A stretch of 64,000 bases of DNA. Source: Eledone cirrhosa (Eukaryota). The position numbers and the translations under genes were made by a program. Shown one piece after another: positions 27,303 through 41,825 of the stretch (positions are counted from its first letter, which is position 1; every line of letters starts with the position of its first letter). The stretch lies in the NCBI GenBank assembly GCA_964016885.1, contig OZ024752.1:10540001-10604000 (forward strand), written 5' to 3'. The notes beneath the pieces were generated by a model that did no database searches, had not been told where the DNA came from, and saw only the letters and a program-made list of their open reading frames with translations.

Positions 27303-28166
27303 TAAATAGCTTAGAGTTTAGACTCAATGGGGTCATTTACAATCATTTCAGCTCTAAGAATCGCTTCTGAGCAGAATAAATTAATATTTGATGAACATTT
27401 ACATGTTTTAGTTGCAATTGACTAATAAAATCGCTGGAGTGAAATATCTTAATTCAACAACATAAAGTCTGCATGTACGATCTAAAAAATAATAAATCAA
27501 TACTCACAGACTCATATGGGCAAAAAGCCTTGGTACCTAGACACGTTTAAAATTCAAAATACAAACTTTTTCCGCAGATCGGTCAGAACTTCAAACTTCA
27601 AACATGTTTCACAAAGGATGGTATAATAGTAAAATAATTAACTAATTAGCAGTGAGTTAATCAACTTTTTCTGTGTTTATCAATAGGTACCCAGATAAAA
27701 TTAAATAACTCCACCTCAGAAAAATATCTAAGGTCTGGTTAGTGTAGCGAAAATACACGAGGTTTTGCACACGGCTTATTCCAGTCCTCTAACGTCCCAC
27801 ACATACTGCTAGAAATAACAGCCGTTTATATGGGATTACAAATTCAGCTCACCTGGGGGAGCAGTGATAAATAGCTTAGAGTTTAGACTCAATGGGGTTA
27901 TTTACAATCATTTCAGCTCTAAGAATCGCTTCTGAGCAGAATAAATTGATAAACACAGAAAAAGTTGATTAACTCACTGCTAATTAGTTAAATTATTTTA
28001 CTATTATACAATCCTTTGTGAAACATGTTTGAAGTTTGAAGTTCTGACCGATCTGCGGAAAAAGTTTGTATTTTGAATTTTAAACGTGTCTAGGTACCAA
28101 GACTTTTTGCCCATAAGAGTCTGTGAGTATTGATTTATTATTTTTTAGATCGTACAGGCAGACTTT
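27302..28166. mobile_element. 565-bp unit with partial tandem copy plus inverted segment
   Basis: Direct repeat 27302-27382 / 27867-27947; inverted repeat 27464-27684 / 27945-28166; TA flanks. Confidence 0.8.
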
Positions 28167-28196
28167 TTATATATATTTATTAAAATAACAGATTAA

Positions 28197-28247
28197 AGTT
28201 TAAGCAAAGAATCGTTGCTTTCACCCTTAACGGGATCTTCTGAAACT
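28197..28247 (-). ncRNA. Hammerhead-like motif with CAGAAGA core
   Basis: AGTTT-CAGAAGA-TCCCG(TTAA)GGGT-GAAA-GCAA(CGATTCT)TTGC-TT-AAACT; family also at ~40715-40850 and ~41823-42057. Confidence 0.5.
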
Positions 28248-28765
28248 AACAAAGTCAATCTGTGAACGCAGAAGTGAATATTTAAAAAACGTTGCAACCG
28301 GAGAAAGACAGGAAGACTTTGGTTCGTGGAAACGTTCCCTGGCAAAGAACGGGAAAAAAACGAATATAATACATCATTATTGGGAGCGGTGAAAAACAAT
28401 TACACGCAAAGATATATATATATATATAGACAGCAACTGATTGTATACATGTAAGTAAATATATTCCTTATCTGATATTTTGTAACTAACCCTACATAGA
28501 TCGATAACGAAATATGCGTACGATGTATTATTATCACATAGAAACGATCGTAAAGCAGTGAGGTATATTTCTAATGACTTGAATTTTTATTTTATTGTTT
28601 TAACTTATATCATGACTCTGTTTTCCTTCTGATGTTTTATTGTTTTCCGGGATTTATTTTAACCTACAACATTTTCAACATATGGATTAGATTGAGTTCT
28701 TCATGCAAACTAGACCCCACAACTTACCGTGGATATTTCTGTATGTATATATATATAAACACATA

Positions 28766-28803
<38 letters not shown>

Positions 28804-28848
28804 TAAACAAATAATGAATAAACAATTCCTTATATTAAACAAAAAAAG

Positions 28849-29004
28849 TTCATTATTTAACGATCGTTTCTAGGATATATATGTGTGTTAGAGTTGGCAT
28901 GCATATTCAACAGATCTATGTACAAAATTATACAAAATTATACAAACTATCAAGATTAAATATACATACCAACACATATATACGCCGTCTTCAGAAATAA
29001 TGAA
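28849..29004 (-). ncRNA. Type I hammerhead with very long stem II
   Basis: TTCATTATTT-CTGAAGA-(~115-nt hairpin)-GAAA-CGATCG-TT-AAATAATGAA. Confidence 0.7.
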
Positions 29005-29111
29005 ATATATTTATTGATAATAACAACATTACATTTCTTTCCATGATATCCGGAATACATTGAGTTCTTCATACGGATTGGACACTACCGTAAACTCTTG
29101 GTAGATTTATC

Positions 29112-29277
<166 letters not shown>

Positions 29278-29498
29278 TAAAGTTAGTCCTTCATCAGTGA
29301 ATGTCCACCCTTCATTGGTATTTCATCGCTTTAAAGACCATATACCTCCGGTTGGTGCGAGCAACGGCTAAAGAAAGTCGTTGGGACACGTAAATAGGGG
29401 GAACGAGCGAGACTGTAAACAAAGACAGATGGTAAAGCAACCAAAAGTGAGGAAGAAAGAGTCAAGTCCCAGATTTCCATGAATATAAGTTCGGTATG

Positions 29499-29652
<154 letters not shown>

Positions 29653-29950
29653 CAAATAAATACCATACATCAGGAAATTGAGATTTGACTTGTAGTTACA
29701 GAAACGTCTACTTCAGAATTAGAAAGAATGAATTCCATTACAGAAAAATTACGTTACCTCGGGTTGACAGAAGTAAGTTTCGGAACCACATTAATCAGTG
29801 GAAAGAAAAGTAGAAAATGTGTGTGTGTGTGTTTGTGTGTGTGTATGTGTGTGTGTGTGTGTGCGTGTGTGTGTGTGCGTGTGTGTGCGTGTGTGTATTT
29901 ATGCCGGGTTTATAAGTATGGTACTCAATACATAGCAGAGTATAAATATT

Positions 29951-30070
29951 TAATATAGAAATGGCGTCTACTGGACTAGAACTGTTTCATTCGGGAGCAA
30001 TCATCCGAGGTTCCTGATGATTTCTCCCGAATGAAAGAGTTGTAGGCCCGTAGAAGCCATTTCTATATTA
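29951..30070. mobile_element. Short fold-back of the 46663-47138 family with HHR at ~30011-30055 (+)
   Basis: TTC-CTGATGA-TTTC(TCCC)GAAT-GAAA-...-TA-GAA; other copies 6383-6515, 22416-22455, 63678-63782. Confidence 0.65.
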
Positions 30071-30654
30071 TATATATATATATGCGTATGAAGCGAAATA
30101 TGTTTATTATATATTTTATATTAGATTAAGGAATGTGTTTCCACAAGACAAAATATAATGTTATTCATTATCCTAAGTAGTTTATTTCGAAAATCCTCCA
30201 CGGCAATTCCTTTACAATTATAATTTTCCTTCTGAATTAATTTTATACTGTATTGATTAATACATTGTTTCAAGATAAATTATTACTTAAATGTAACGTA
30301 AATTTTTCTGAGATATTTTCGAATGCTTCTATATGGCATCATTAAAACACCAGTCTTTATTAGGCAGCCTATTGTTTGATTACTACAAAATGCATTGTAT
30401 TTATTAGAGACAAGGAAAAGAACCTTTAGCGAAGAAAGACAAACTGCCAGTCCTAGGGTTAATATAAATGGACAATTTGAAGTCATAAATATATCTACAT
30501 ACATACACCTCACCTTCATTAGTGGTCCACTGTGTGTGTGTGCGTATGTGTGCGTGTTAGTGAGAAGAAAAAACAATGAACGTGTTTAATAAACATGAAT
30601 CAATTAATTGAAATTGCAGGTAATGTAATATATATATATATATATAATTAACAT

Positions 30655-30724
30655 CTCTATCTGACTACCGATCCAGACGACTATATTATTATCGTCTGTG
30701 ATCCAGAAACCTTTGGTAATGGAG
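30655..30724 (+). ncRNA. Degenerate hammerhead (family of 56957-57025)
   Basis: CTCTAT-CTGACTA-..CAGACGA...TCGTCTG..-GAAA-CCTTTGG-TA-ATGGAG. Confidence 0.5.
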
Positions 30725-30816
30725 AAGTGATATGTTTGTTGTTCACTTTCTAATTAGATAGCTCTGTTCTATACATGGAGCACTCTATTTTCCTTTGCTT
30801 TTTCCTTTGGAATTAC

Positions 30817-30927
<111 letters not shown>

Positions 30928-31100
30928 TTTTCATATGTTGATTTAAAACTGCACTATTCACAAGTGTGTTTTAACCTTCATATCATGTCTCCCTATTTTA
31001 TCTGACGAAAACGCAAATGTTATTGCTTGATGATATTTGTTTTTGAAATGCCCATAATAAAATACATGGAACTCTTTTAACCATCTGTTGATCTTATATA

Positions 31101-31142
<42 letters not shown>

Positions 31143-31409
31143 AGTATGTATACGTACATACATATATGTATACAGACGTACAGTAGTATGTATATATATA
31201 CATACATGCACACATTTATATATGCACGTATGGGTTTACCGAACATTTATTATCATGCATATATATGTGTGCATGTATGTATATATATATGAAATTGAAT
31301 ATTTATACAAATATGTACTCGAATTTCGTATTTCTAAAGAAATACGGTATGTTTATAAATAAACATTTTAATGTTTTAATCTTTAAATATGAAAGTTGAT
31401 ATTTAATCA

Positions 31410-31582
31410 TGGATTGGCAGTATCAGTAGAGGGTCTGACGCCATGCTTTGAAGCAAAGAGTTACGGCGCTTTATGATCTGAGTTCAAATCCCGCCGAGGT
31501 TAACTTTGCCTTTCATCCTTACGGGGTCGATAAAATCAAGAAACCAATAATACTCTGGTATAATTGAGTAGAAACAATTATT
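31410..31582 (+). mobile_element. tRNA-derived SINE
   Basis: Matches the main family. Confidence 0.8.
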
Positions 31583-33077
31583 AGTAATAGTGAACTAGAT
31601 GGAGAAATCATTAGAAAGGACAGCAAAAAGTCAGATCTCTCTTCTGAATGAATCAAAATTTCGCCAACGTCGTATGCAAATTTCGACTAAAATCTGCCGC
31701 AGCAATATCTCGCTATATTTATTCATTCTATTGCCATTATTTGCAAACGTGACATATTCGCCGGAACGCAATGGATATATATGGCTTGAGACGAATTTCG
31801 TAAATTCTAAATATCTGCCCTCTAATGGTATTTATATGATGCAACTCAACGTGACTATACCTAGGTTTCTGGTAGTAAACATGCGTGACTATAAATAATG
31901 CTCTGAATGGAAAACTAAAATGACGCCAGGCCCACTAATACATTTTCAGTAATGGCATATCTTTCTTTAACCAAAGAACACGCGTCCTTCTATCTTGCAT
32001 GAGGATTTATGTTGGAAATTGCTCTTGCTATTTACACATCGAAAAAGCTCTCTTGTAATTTATTTACCTGTCATTCCATAGCAGCAAACATAAACCGCTT
32101 TTTTCTTTTTCAATTACTATTGCATTTCTGCTGTTTCCCAGGTTTCAGTATACTGCCTGGTTACATGTTAGCACTTTAACAAATGAAATGAAAAGGTGCT
32201 ATTGTGCTTGGCAAATTACAGTGAACTCAACATGTAAAGAGATTAAGCCTATGGAATTTCATTTAGGAACAGCGTTTAAAGTAACCACAAGTACATCTCC
32301 ATGACAATAACTATCTATAATTAACGTACATCTAATATGTATGTGCACATTATCAAATACATACTTGGCATTCACTGAAATAAGGTACATACACTATACA
32401 TATTTATACAGCATATATTTATAAAGCTATGACACGCACTACCAACGTTGTACATTAGATTATAGAACAATTTGTTTACTCGGAAAAAGAATATCTCCAT
32501 AGATTCATTGACATCAGAAATAATCCATGATATAGTAACTGGCACCAGTCCTAAAGGCTTAGAGTAATACTCTGTGACAATGCGCTATTTGCAAATAAAC
32601 TTTAATATTTCCTCAATAACCCCACTAGGATATTTCAATTGTTATTCACCTCAGAAACACAATTTACCATTGCTCAGGATTTATACATATATACATGATG
32701 GCTGCCCCCTCGTTATCGAGTATGGCCATTGCACGATATACTATTATATAAGAATTATTAATTAATTCTATTGCGCAATGCCTGTGCGTGAAGATTTTTT
32801 TAAGTGAGGAAAGACTAGGCACTGAGCCAATCCCACTGTCTGAGCGACAGTAGTTATAACCCGAAAAGAAGGAAAGATCAACATCATCGGTAACTACTGA
32901 GCTGCAGGTTTTATGTCGGATTTAACCCAGTTTCCTGAGATAACTTCTCCTAGAAGAATGCTCAGACAAAGGCCAGGGGTCCTTCACTCCCAAGTTGTTT
33001 AACGGCGTGTTCGGGCATCCAGCCCTATTATTTCTATTTCCCCGTGCATATATACACATATGTATAGATGTATATAT

Positions 33078-33108
<31 letters not shown>

Positions 33109-33137
33109 GAGACACACACACACACATACACACACAC

Positions 33138-33260
<123 letters not shown>

Positions 33261-33324
33261 AATGGAGACACAAAGCAAACTTTGTTTAGAAATGGTAAGC
33301 GGATTTGAAAATGATTTACCAATA

Positions 33325-33562
33325 TGTGCTTACGCCGTATTTGACTAAATAGAATTAGTCTATTATTTGGGTATTTATAAAACCCTATGAATGGAAAAAA
33401 GGATGAGTATTGATGTAGAGGGGATACGAACCTATATATTTGGCAAATCAAAGGTGTAGGTTCATGTCCAATATATATCGATACTCATCCTTGTTTTCAT
33501 TCAGAGAGTGTCTTAAAATCCTAACAGACTAATTCTATTTAGCCAAATACGGTGTAAGCACA
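33325..33562. mobile_element. Diverged fold-back related to 51409-51733
   Basis: Shares CGCCGTATTT-GACTAAA and GATGAGTATTGA; arms include a T-arm-like GGTTCG. Confidence 0.6.
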
Positions 33563-33804
33563 AGTTACTACCTGTATGTGTGTGTGTGTGTGTCTGTGCA
33601 TGTCTGTCTGTTTGTGTACGTCTGTGTGTCTGTGTGTCCGTGTGTGTACATGTACTTCGACACGAATAAGTTGAAACACATACACACGGACACACAGACG
33701 CACACAAACAGGCAGACATGCACAACCACACATACACACACACCCACACACACACATATATATATATATACACACATATACACACCCACACACACACCAC
33801 ACAC

Positions 33805-33897
<93 letters not shown>

Positions 33898-34138
33898 TAT
33901 ACGTTTTTGTTTAAATGTAAATATATAATATACGATACAATTTTCAAAGAAATCAGTACACTTTGCACATTCTTTATATTACCGTAATTAGTGGCATGTT
34001 GATCTTTGATCTTCACAGAATAATGAATGAAACATAAACAAATCAATGTCTAAGACATTGATTTGTTTATTATCTCAACAAATATGTCTCATTAAACTAA
34101 TATATGTATATTGGACATACGTCTATAGGAAAGCGTGA

Positions 34139-34280
34139 AGGCGCATGGCTTAGTGGTTAGAGCATTGGGCTTGCAATCGATATGTTGTGAGTTCAATTCT
34201 CGGACCGGGTGATATGTTGTTTCCTTGAGCAAGACACTTTATTTCACGCTGCCCCAGTTTTCTCAGCTGTAGAAATGAAA
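34139..34280 (+). mobile_element. tRNA-derived SINE, second family
   Basis: TGGCTTAGTGGTTAGAGC A-box, GAGTTCAATTCT B-box, then TCCTTGAGCAAGACACTT. Confidence 0.7.
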
Positions 34281-34879
34281 TGATAGGATTGGGGTCCCTA
34301 TCATTAAAACACCCAAGAGCCATCCAATGAGATACAGGAGGCCAGCTAAAGTTCATCTTAGTCTAGGATAGAGTTTAGTAGAGAAGGAAAAAAAGGAAAA
34401 TTTCAATGGAGAAGAAAAATTGGAATGTAAAAATGAAAATATATACAGAAAAAATAAAAACAGAAAACAAACGCAAAAGGCAGGGAAGGGTAAGGACTCT
34501 AGTCTCACAGTAGAATGGGGAAGAGGAGAGAGAGGGAGATTGGTCGCTAGGCCTAGGACGTGGGTGTAATGGTTCTGCGCCTCGCGGACAAGACCACAAA
34601 AGCATTTCCGCGGAAAATGGTCAGCGACACCCACTGTAATAGCCTCCACCCCACCTTGCGGGGCTGCTTCCTCACACGGGCAGCCGACGTTCCAATCTAG
34701 CAGATGAGCCCGGCAGTACGGGTTCAAAGTAAGCTTGGGACGTCGACGGCGACCGGTGCGAAGAGGAAGTGGCCTGACAATTCCCGGCATTTGTTTATCT
34801 CCCTTTCTAGGATTAATTGTGTGTTATAGACCTTCCCACTTCTCATTGTTTAGATATTTACTTGACATGGACTCATACA

Positions 34880-35205
34880 TCTATATATAAATTTGAGCGA
34901 GTTTCCCTCCGTCACAAATGTGTGTGTGTTCGTGTGAATATATGTGTGTGTAAAAGGTGAAAAATCTATAACAAACACTGGCTGGCGTATCCATTTGCTT
35001 CGCTGTGTGTGAGTGTATGTGTGTGTTTGTGTAAATGTATTTGTGTGTGTGTTTGTGTGAATGTATATCTGTGAGTGTGTATTTGTGTACGTGTGTCTAT
35101 TTGCATATTTATATGTGTATACTGATACATATATATGTATGCACATGCACAGGCACACGTACACATATATACACATACGCTTCAGCCTGTTGAAAAACAT
35201 TCTAG
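34880..35205 (+). mobile_element. Non-autonomous Helitron-like element
   Basis: A|TCTATATATAAA ... CTAG|T termini, no TSD, internal (GT)n; copies at 9136-9509 and ~20080-20476. Confidence 0.6.
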
Positions 35206-36387
35206 TTTGTTTAAATTTCAATACATCTTTCCACGCCTCGCTAGTCGTGTTAGAAATTAGGTTCTGTATCGATTAATTGCTTGAACGATGTAATGGGAAT
35301 GCTGGAGTGTCCGATTAGAAAATACTTATTTTATCCTCAGTTGAACTGGTCTGGTTTCCTCTGATTATAACTTATCATTCGAAACACATACGACAGCGGA
35401 ATTGCCTATTATCTCATCGACATTCAATGTTGAGTAAATTGATCACAGTGATGAGCAATAGATCCGCATATCATCACAATTGCTATTTTCTTTCACTTGT
35501 CCAAAGTAGTGGAAAACGTTGAAAACTGCAAAATCTATAAAGTAATTTTGATTTGAAAACGGATTGCACGGGAGAACATATCTATATTTAATTCTGACAT
35601 GAATTCTGTCCATGTCCTGCTCTTCTTACAGGATTTTCAATAAATCTCATCTATTATTACCCTAAGCAATACGAATATATATCACCGCATTGCTGTACAG
35701 CTTTCAACAGAATACAATTACATATTCCTGATATGAGATATATGAGTATATATTTCTACAGACAATTAAAATTCAAGGTAATTTCAATATGGATATATAA
35801 TCGGTAACTTTTAGGTATAAGTTTGGCAGAAAACTTCTTTAAATCTACTGATTTTTGGCAATTGTGTTTATTGTTGAAAGAATTATTTTAGAATTGTAAC
35901 TTATATTAAATGTGTTTACCATTGAAATTGAATATACAAAGAAAAAAAAACGTTCCAAATATCAAGTTTCTAGATATAGATATATATAAAACTTAACTAT
36001 TTTATGGCTAGCTTTGATCTCACTTCCATTTCTCCTGATTGAGATATGTAGATATAGATATCTATGGAATTTTTATTATTATTCTACGAAATATTTCATT
36101 CCCATGCTTCTGAGGTATATCAATAAATTTTATCATATTCATCTCTTCTTTATGTGATATTCCTCGAATGTTATCTCTCTTCATCTTTTCAGATATTATT
36201 TGATCTTACTTCATCATTCACTATCATTCACATAACAACGAACTCTTCAAATATTTTCTAATAACGTCAGACGTTGTATTTCTGAAACCTTTAAACGTAT
36301 ACTATCGTAGGCAGGTATGTTATATAAAAACCTGCCACTGTTGTCTCATTTTAGTGGAACTATAGTTGTGTACACATGAATTTATTT

Positions 36388-36700
36388 ATAATTGTTTCTC
36401 CATTTGACACAAGGTCAATAACTATCCCTGAATGTTAGTGGTACTTTATTTTATCGACCCCGTAAGGATGAAAGGCAAAGTTAACCATAGCGGGATTTGA
36501 ACTCAGAACGTAAAGGGACGTAACAATAATAAGGCGGCCAATTGGCAGAGTCGTTAAGGGGTCAGGCAGTATGCTTTACGGTATACGTCCAGCGTCATTG
36601 CTCGCTCTGAGTTCAAATCATGCCGTGGTCAAATTTACCATTCATCCTTTCGTGGTGGTCGATAAAAAAGTACCATTCCAGTACAGGGGTCGATTTTTCC
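36388..36700. mobile_element. Two head-to-head SINEs (36388-36525 minus; 36533-36700 plus)
   Basis: Main SINE family motifs on opposite strands. Confidence 0.75.
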
Positions 36701-37461
36701 TCTATAGAAAACATCGGCTGTGTTCAGACCTGGAGAGGGTTGGGCTCCGCCAGGTTTAAAAGTGCCCTAGACACGCCGTATGACAATATCTCTACGACTT
36801 CACAAGCAGTTATAGGATCTTTACATTGATATCATTCTAACTTACAATTTGTGCCGAAAGCTGATTAAAACATAGTTATCTTCGTGCATAAGTATTCCTT
36901 AAGGTTTCTACAAAATATAATTTACCACTTTTTATTTTATCTTACTGTTATGGGTTTCGGTGTGACTAATTGGGGGATAATATGTCACAGTCCGTTAATC
37001 ATAATCATTTTGAATAAACGTTAGAGTTATACATTAGCGGAAGACCAAAGAGCCAACAGGAAGGAAATGTATGTATAATGTAGTATTACTGGAAGTGTAA
37101 TTTTAACAATTTTTATGTAAAATATAGTTATATAAAGAGTGAAAGATTAATGCAGTCCAACATATAAATATATTCATTCGTACTTAGGAAAATAAAGGCC
37201 GTAAAAAGAAAATGATTGATAATAGGACAAACGGAATATATGAAATAGATATTAAGAAACATAAAAATATTATAAATGTAATAAAAATAAATGAGAACAG
37301 AGGGGATGTAAAGAAATAGATAATATGGTGTAAAAGATAGATCGTTTTCACATAATGTCCCAAATTAGTATAATATGTAAAGGAGGTGGGTTAGTGCACT
37401 GCGAAAAGGAATTGCGTGTTTAGCAGTATAAAATATTGCTTAATATACTCACATAATTTAT

Positions 37462-37515
<54 letters not shown>

Positions 37516-37741
37516 CGTTTTTGAATTTGTTTTGCGACCTTCTTACCCGAAAACGTGTGTTCAAACATATATTTTTATACTTTGGTAGGGTCATTAAACA
37601 GTAAACATGTGTGGTATAGCAACATCACAACCAGTAATTGAGGACAAAATGAAGACATACAGACACACTCAAAAACCAAACTAACAAAACAAATCAGACA
37701 CACACAGATAGAACAAGTAAATAAACACATAATTAAATATA

Positions 37742-37924
37742 TAATTTTTCTACTTTAGGCACAAGGCCAGCAATTACCCAGTGCATTACTGGTACTTTAT
37801 TTTATCGACCCCGTAAGGATGAAAGGCAAAGTCAACCTCGGCGGGATTTGGACTCAGATTGTAAAGGGACGTAACTACGCTGGAAAGCATGGCGTCCGAC
37901 CCTCTACCGATACTGCCAATCCAC
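37742..37924 (-). mobile_element. tRNA-derived SINE
   Basis: Matches the main family. Confidence 0.85.
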
Positions 37925-37934
37925 ATATTAAATA

Positions 37935-38575
37935 AATAATGATATTTGTTTATTGAAAAAAACCAACAAAGATTTAATATAATAGGTTTGTTTGGTAACA
38001 AGTTTTGAATTGACCAATAGAAAAGTAGTAAGTGGTCAAGTTGATAGAATAGTAGTAGTAGAAATTTAATTTAGGGGTAGAGGAATGCAGAATTCTGTTT
38101 TGAATGGAAAGAATATTTTGAATGAAAATATTACTTTGGGGATGAAAAGAGGTGTACCTTTCACCGGCTTGACCTCTTTTCATCCCCAAAGTAATCATTC
38201 CATTCAAAATATTCTTTCCATTCAAACTGAAGTCTGCATTTCTATACCCCTAAATTAAATTTCTACTACTACTATTCTATCAACTTGACCACTTACTACT
38301 TTTCTATTGGTCAATTCAAAACCTGTTCCCAAACAGACCTATTATATTAAATCTTTGTTGGTTTTTTTCAATAAACAAATAACATTATTTCTGAAGACCG
38401 CATATATATGTGTAAGTATGTATATTCCCTCTGATAGTTTGTAACATTTTTACATAGATCTATATTACATACATACCAACACACACATATATATCCTAGA
38501 AACGATCGTAAAATGATGAATTTTTTAATATAAGGAACTGTTTCTTTGTTTTTATTCATTGTTTTTATTAATTTA
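37935..38575. mobile_element. Fold-back element (arms 37935-38153 / 38172-38389) followed by HHR and tail
   Basis: About 218-bp inverted arms; the right arm runs directly into the HHR. Confidence 0.8.
38383..38518 (+). ncRNA. Type I hammerhead with long stem II
   Basis: CATTATTT-CTGAAGA-(~100 nt, ATATATGTGT...ACACATATAT)-GAAA-CGATCG-TA-AAATGATG. Confidence 0.7.
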
Positions 38576-38601
38576 TATATATATATATAGAGAGAGAGAG
38601 G

Positions 38602-38663
<62 letters not shown>

Positions 38664-38665
38664 GA

Positions 38666-38929
38666 GAATTTTTATTCGCTAACAATGTTTCATCCACACC
38701 GTGGGACAGGAATCCTCAGACCGTAAACATACAAATATAGTTCAGAATATAAGCTCTACCAAGCTTAGTCACCAGAACAGTGGGGAAACAGTATAGTATC
38801 ATGTACTGCTTCTCCACTGTTCTGGTGACTAACCCTGGTAGAGCTTATATTCAGCACTATATTTTATGATTACGCTCTGAGGAATACAGCCCCACGGTAT
38901 AGATGAAAAATTGTTAGCGAATAGAAATT
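38666..38929. mobile_element. Fold-back element with HHRs at 38677-38723 (-) and 38873-38918 (+)
   Basis: CGCT-CTGAGGA-...-GAAA-AATTG-TT-AGCG; diverged ~125-bp arms. Confidence 0.65.
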
Positions 38930-39062
38930 GTATAAGTTTGCAGGCGTTCTTTGATTTATTTTATCTATAACGGCTTTGTTTCGTACATTGAGCTAATACG
39001 ATACTGTCACAAATATGACACTGCAGATGTGCTTATGTACATATGATCCGTTGTCTACGTAA

Positions 39063-39093
<31 letters not shown>

Positions 39094-39956
39094 TATATAC
39101 ATATATATACATATATATATATATATATGTATCTGATGGTAGCTAAGATGCTTCCATAGGCGGTATGCCGGTTGAGCACTCTATGCTCTTACAGAGCAGA
39201 GTATGATATAATATAAAACGCGAAAAATGAGTGATGCTTGGGTGGAAAAGAGAAGGGGTGGGGGGCGTCTACTTACATGTCTGTACGTGTTTGTGTGTAC
39301 GTGTATATATACGCATATGCATGTGTATGAGCATCTGTGTGTGCGTGTTGATGTATATAGGCCTGTGGGCATGTGTCTATGCATGTACGTGCCTCTCTGG
39401 CTGAATGTATGCGTATGTTTACATGTTTATATGTTCTCCTTAATGTGTGTGTATAGCGAGAGTCTATGCGTACGACTATCGGTATATATGTGGTTGTGTG
39501 TGTGAGTGTATGTGTGTGTGTGTGTGTGAGTGTGCGTGTGGATGTGTGGACCACCAAACACAGCCATAATTCATTGAAATGTAGCAGACATAGGACAGCG
39601 GAAGGATACCTGTGGTCAGAATTTATGATGACGTAGATAACCAGCGACTATTCAGTGGACGTGCGAAGAGGGTGACGTTTTCGACAGTACTGGCCCAAAG
39701 GGTCAGATACTCCAGTGAGATAATATGATCCGAAATCATTAGACGTATCCGTCGAACCTGCGGGTCCAGAATCACACATATCCACACAATGATCGCGTCT
39801 CGAGCTGTCCGCCGGCGAAACAATTGTAACACACAATAAATTGAGTTCAGATGCATCACTGATTTTTCGTTTTATATTATATATATATATATAGCCGTTA
39901 ATATGCATAAGGAAAGTATATACTTTCAAACGTTCAATCAACTGACAGGAAGGTAT

Positions 39957-40009
39957 ACGTTGCTGATGACAGCTGATAATAGCTAATAAGCTAGAAACTA
40001 GTTCATCGT
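39957..40009 (+). ncRNA. Type I minimal hammerhead motif
   Basis: ACGTTG-CTGATGA-CAGCT...AGCTA-GAAA-CTAG-TT-CATCGT. Confidence 0.65.
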
Positions 40010-40274
40010 TGCTTTGTCAGTGTTAAACTAAAGGGCAACGATGGTTGCCGAACACTGTACGGCTAATAATTTCGGGCTGTTTGTTTACAAACAAACCGAG
40101 CATTATAATAAATGTTCGATAAACACATACGTACATATATATATATGTGTGCATGTATGTATGTATGTATATATATACTACTGCACGTCTGTATACATAT
40201 ATGCATGTACGTATACATACTTATATTTAAGTATCAGCCGCACTAAGAGTAATAAATGAAATTTCATTTTTTCC

Positions 40275-40335
<61 letters not shown>

Positions 40336-40336
40336 G

Positions 40337-40367
<31 letters not shown>

Positions 40368-40471
40368 TTATATGTGTGTGTGTGTTTGTGTGTATTTATA
40401 TATATATGTATGTATGTATATTTATATATATATGAATGTATATCAATTTATATATATATGAATGTATATAA

Positions 40472-40567
<96 letters not shown>

Positions 40568-40847
40568 GTATGTATATATATTTATATGCATATATGTATC
40601 TATATATATATATATATAATGGAAAAATTTGAACAGGGACAAAACAGAGAGGCAGTACAATAAATGTTTAATAATATATATATATATATATATATAGTAA
40701 TAATAATAAATTTGTAGACTAAAATCCAAAGAGGGCTCGATAAGGATAAATATATATCAAATATATAAGAACCGTAGAGCAGCTTGAGAAGATCCCGCTA
40801 AGGGTGAAAGCAGCGATTCTTTGCTTAAACTTTAATCTGTTATTTTA

Positions 40848-40899
<52 letters not shown>

Positions 40900-40930
40900 C
40901 GAATGACTCGATTTTTTATTTCATTGTTAT

Positions 40931-41022
<92 letters not shown>

Positions 41023-41746
41023 CATACATATACATATATATAGTACATTCAAAATATTTTATATAAACACAATCTCCCCTGCACTGAGATTATCTTGAAC
41101 ATTAAATTTGGAGGAAAATGTTCAAATTAAATAGGTTGCATATCAGATTCTCGTTTTACGAATGTGATATGCAACCAAGATTTGGAACTGAGATATCATT
41201 AAAAGATAAAAGGTTAGATGTCTTCTGGGAGCGGTTGTAATCGTAGATGTGATTATTGTTGCGAAACTTGTTATCTCTAAGATTTTAAGCACAATAGCTA
41301 ACGGATTGATATGTGATATCTCGTACAGTGAATTGTTTTATATTTATTTTATTGTTGACGTATCCAAAAGTTTAAATTACTCGTGATTTTTATGTGTTAC
41401 TCTTTAATATATTGTAGCAAATCAAATCAAATTCACACACCTTTGCGACTACAAAGATGCAAGTGAAATAAAATTGATAAACATTTCATTACCCAATGGT
41501 GTTTAAAAAAATTATTTCTCTTTTTTTTTAATACAGCTGCTCAGTTAAACATGTGAAAAAAAAACAGGAGGATGAATGATTAATAAATTGTTGAAAGACC
41601 AATTCCATTTTTTTTTAAATTGCAAAAATTGATAGGTGAAAATGATAACCCAGAAAATATTAATAATCCCATTTTATATTCGGATACTGCAGCCTAATAC
41701 TTTATAAGTTGTCCATATAGGCATATGTATACATACACATACAGTG

Positions 41747-41825
<79 letters not shown>

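Noticed and set aside
27805-27865. Twister ribozyme
   Set aside because: Has TAA and TTACAA words but lacks the conserved AAGC/GAG elements and pseudoknot pairings.
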